This document shows, one piece after another, positions 63,257-64,000 of a DNA stretch of 64,000 nucleotides (positions within the stretch are counted from its first letter, which is position 1; each line of letters opens with the position of its first letter). This DNA is from Octopus vulgaris (Eukaryota), in contig OX597816.1 of assembly GCA_951406725.2 (NCBI GenBank), positions 24,428,001 through 24,492,000 on the forward strand, read 5' to 3'. The notes under the pieces were generated by a model. The model ran no database searches. It saw only the letters and a program-made list of their open reading frames with translations, and was not told where the DNA came from. The translations under genes were made by a program, and so were the position numbers.

Positions 63257-64000
63257 TTTTAACTATTTTTGATTTTTTTGTGTGTGCATGGTAGTCTCAT
63301 TTTCATAAAATGTGTTCAGCAGTCCATGCTATGTAAATGCAAATCCCAGCATTTTACGGGATAACCACCATTACTCCCAGGTCCGTTTTGACCCGTAAAA
63401 GTAACACCTTTCAGGGTCCCATATATGGATTAAATAGATTTCCCTAGAGTAGAAGCGGTTCCTTTTAATTTTGACAAAATTATGGGGAAGGCAGCTCTTT
63501 TAGGAGAAAGACACTCTGGCATAAAACTTGCTGCGAAAATAGTACCAGTTATATTGTAATGTTTGTCTCTCAAACCTACTTTGGTGACTGAGAGTGGCAA
63601 AAGTGTTGCACAGATTTTTGTTACTTAAATCCAATGACATACAGATATGTCGACCATCATTTCATTTTTTGATCTTTTTTTGTATTTTATGAAGTCCTAT
63701 GGTGATGGATATCTGTGCACAGGTAACAATGAAAGTAAATCAGAACAATCAGGCTAAATGCGAGACAGCTACCATCTGACAAAATGCAGCAATTGTTACA
63801 TACATACATCCATACAAACACATACACATACATATTCAGCCATAAATACACAAACATGCATACATACACACAAACACATCTATCAATCCATCCATCCATT
63901 CATACATACATACATAAACATCCAGCCATATGCACATACAATATATACAAACATATATACACAAATTATATACGTATGTAGGTGCAGGGGTGGCTGTGTG

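Overview
AT-rich, repeat-dense animal DNA, most likely octopod cephalopod, judged from the SINE families and microsatellite load (inference). The only host gene I can support is on the minus strand. Eleven GT-AG exons (54392 down to a TAA at 24682-24684) splice in frame to 495 aa of WD40 repeats and match the C-terminal region of TEP1 (telomerase-associated/vault protein 1). The 5' part of the gene lies beyond 64000. The rest is tRNA-derived SINEs, Helitrons (one with a PIF1-type helicase relic), Tc1/mariner, pogo-like, piggyBac-like and long-TIR DNA elements, LINE relics, Penelope-like fragments, and mini/microsatellites. Almost all listed ORFs are repeat artefacts. I found no demonstrably new biological system. 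The best leads are several minimal hammerhead-ribozyme motifs, including a U3:A8 covariant type in a fold-back repeat and one joined to a GIY-YIG tail and a tRNA-like module. Others are a head-to-head mariner, a one-ended inverted copy of a 2-kb TIR element, Helitrons with swapped payloads, and a CpG-decay boundary consistent with gene-body methylation. All analysis was by eye; repeat boundaries are approximate unless termini are quoted.
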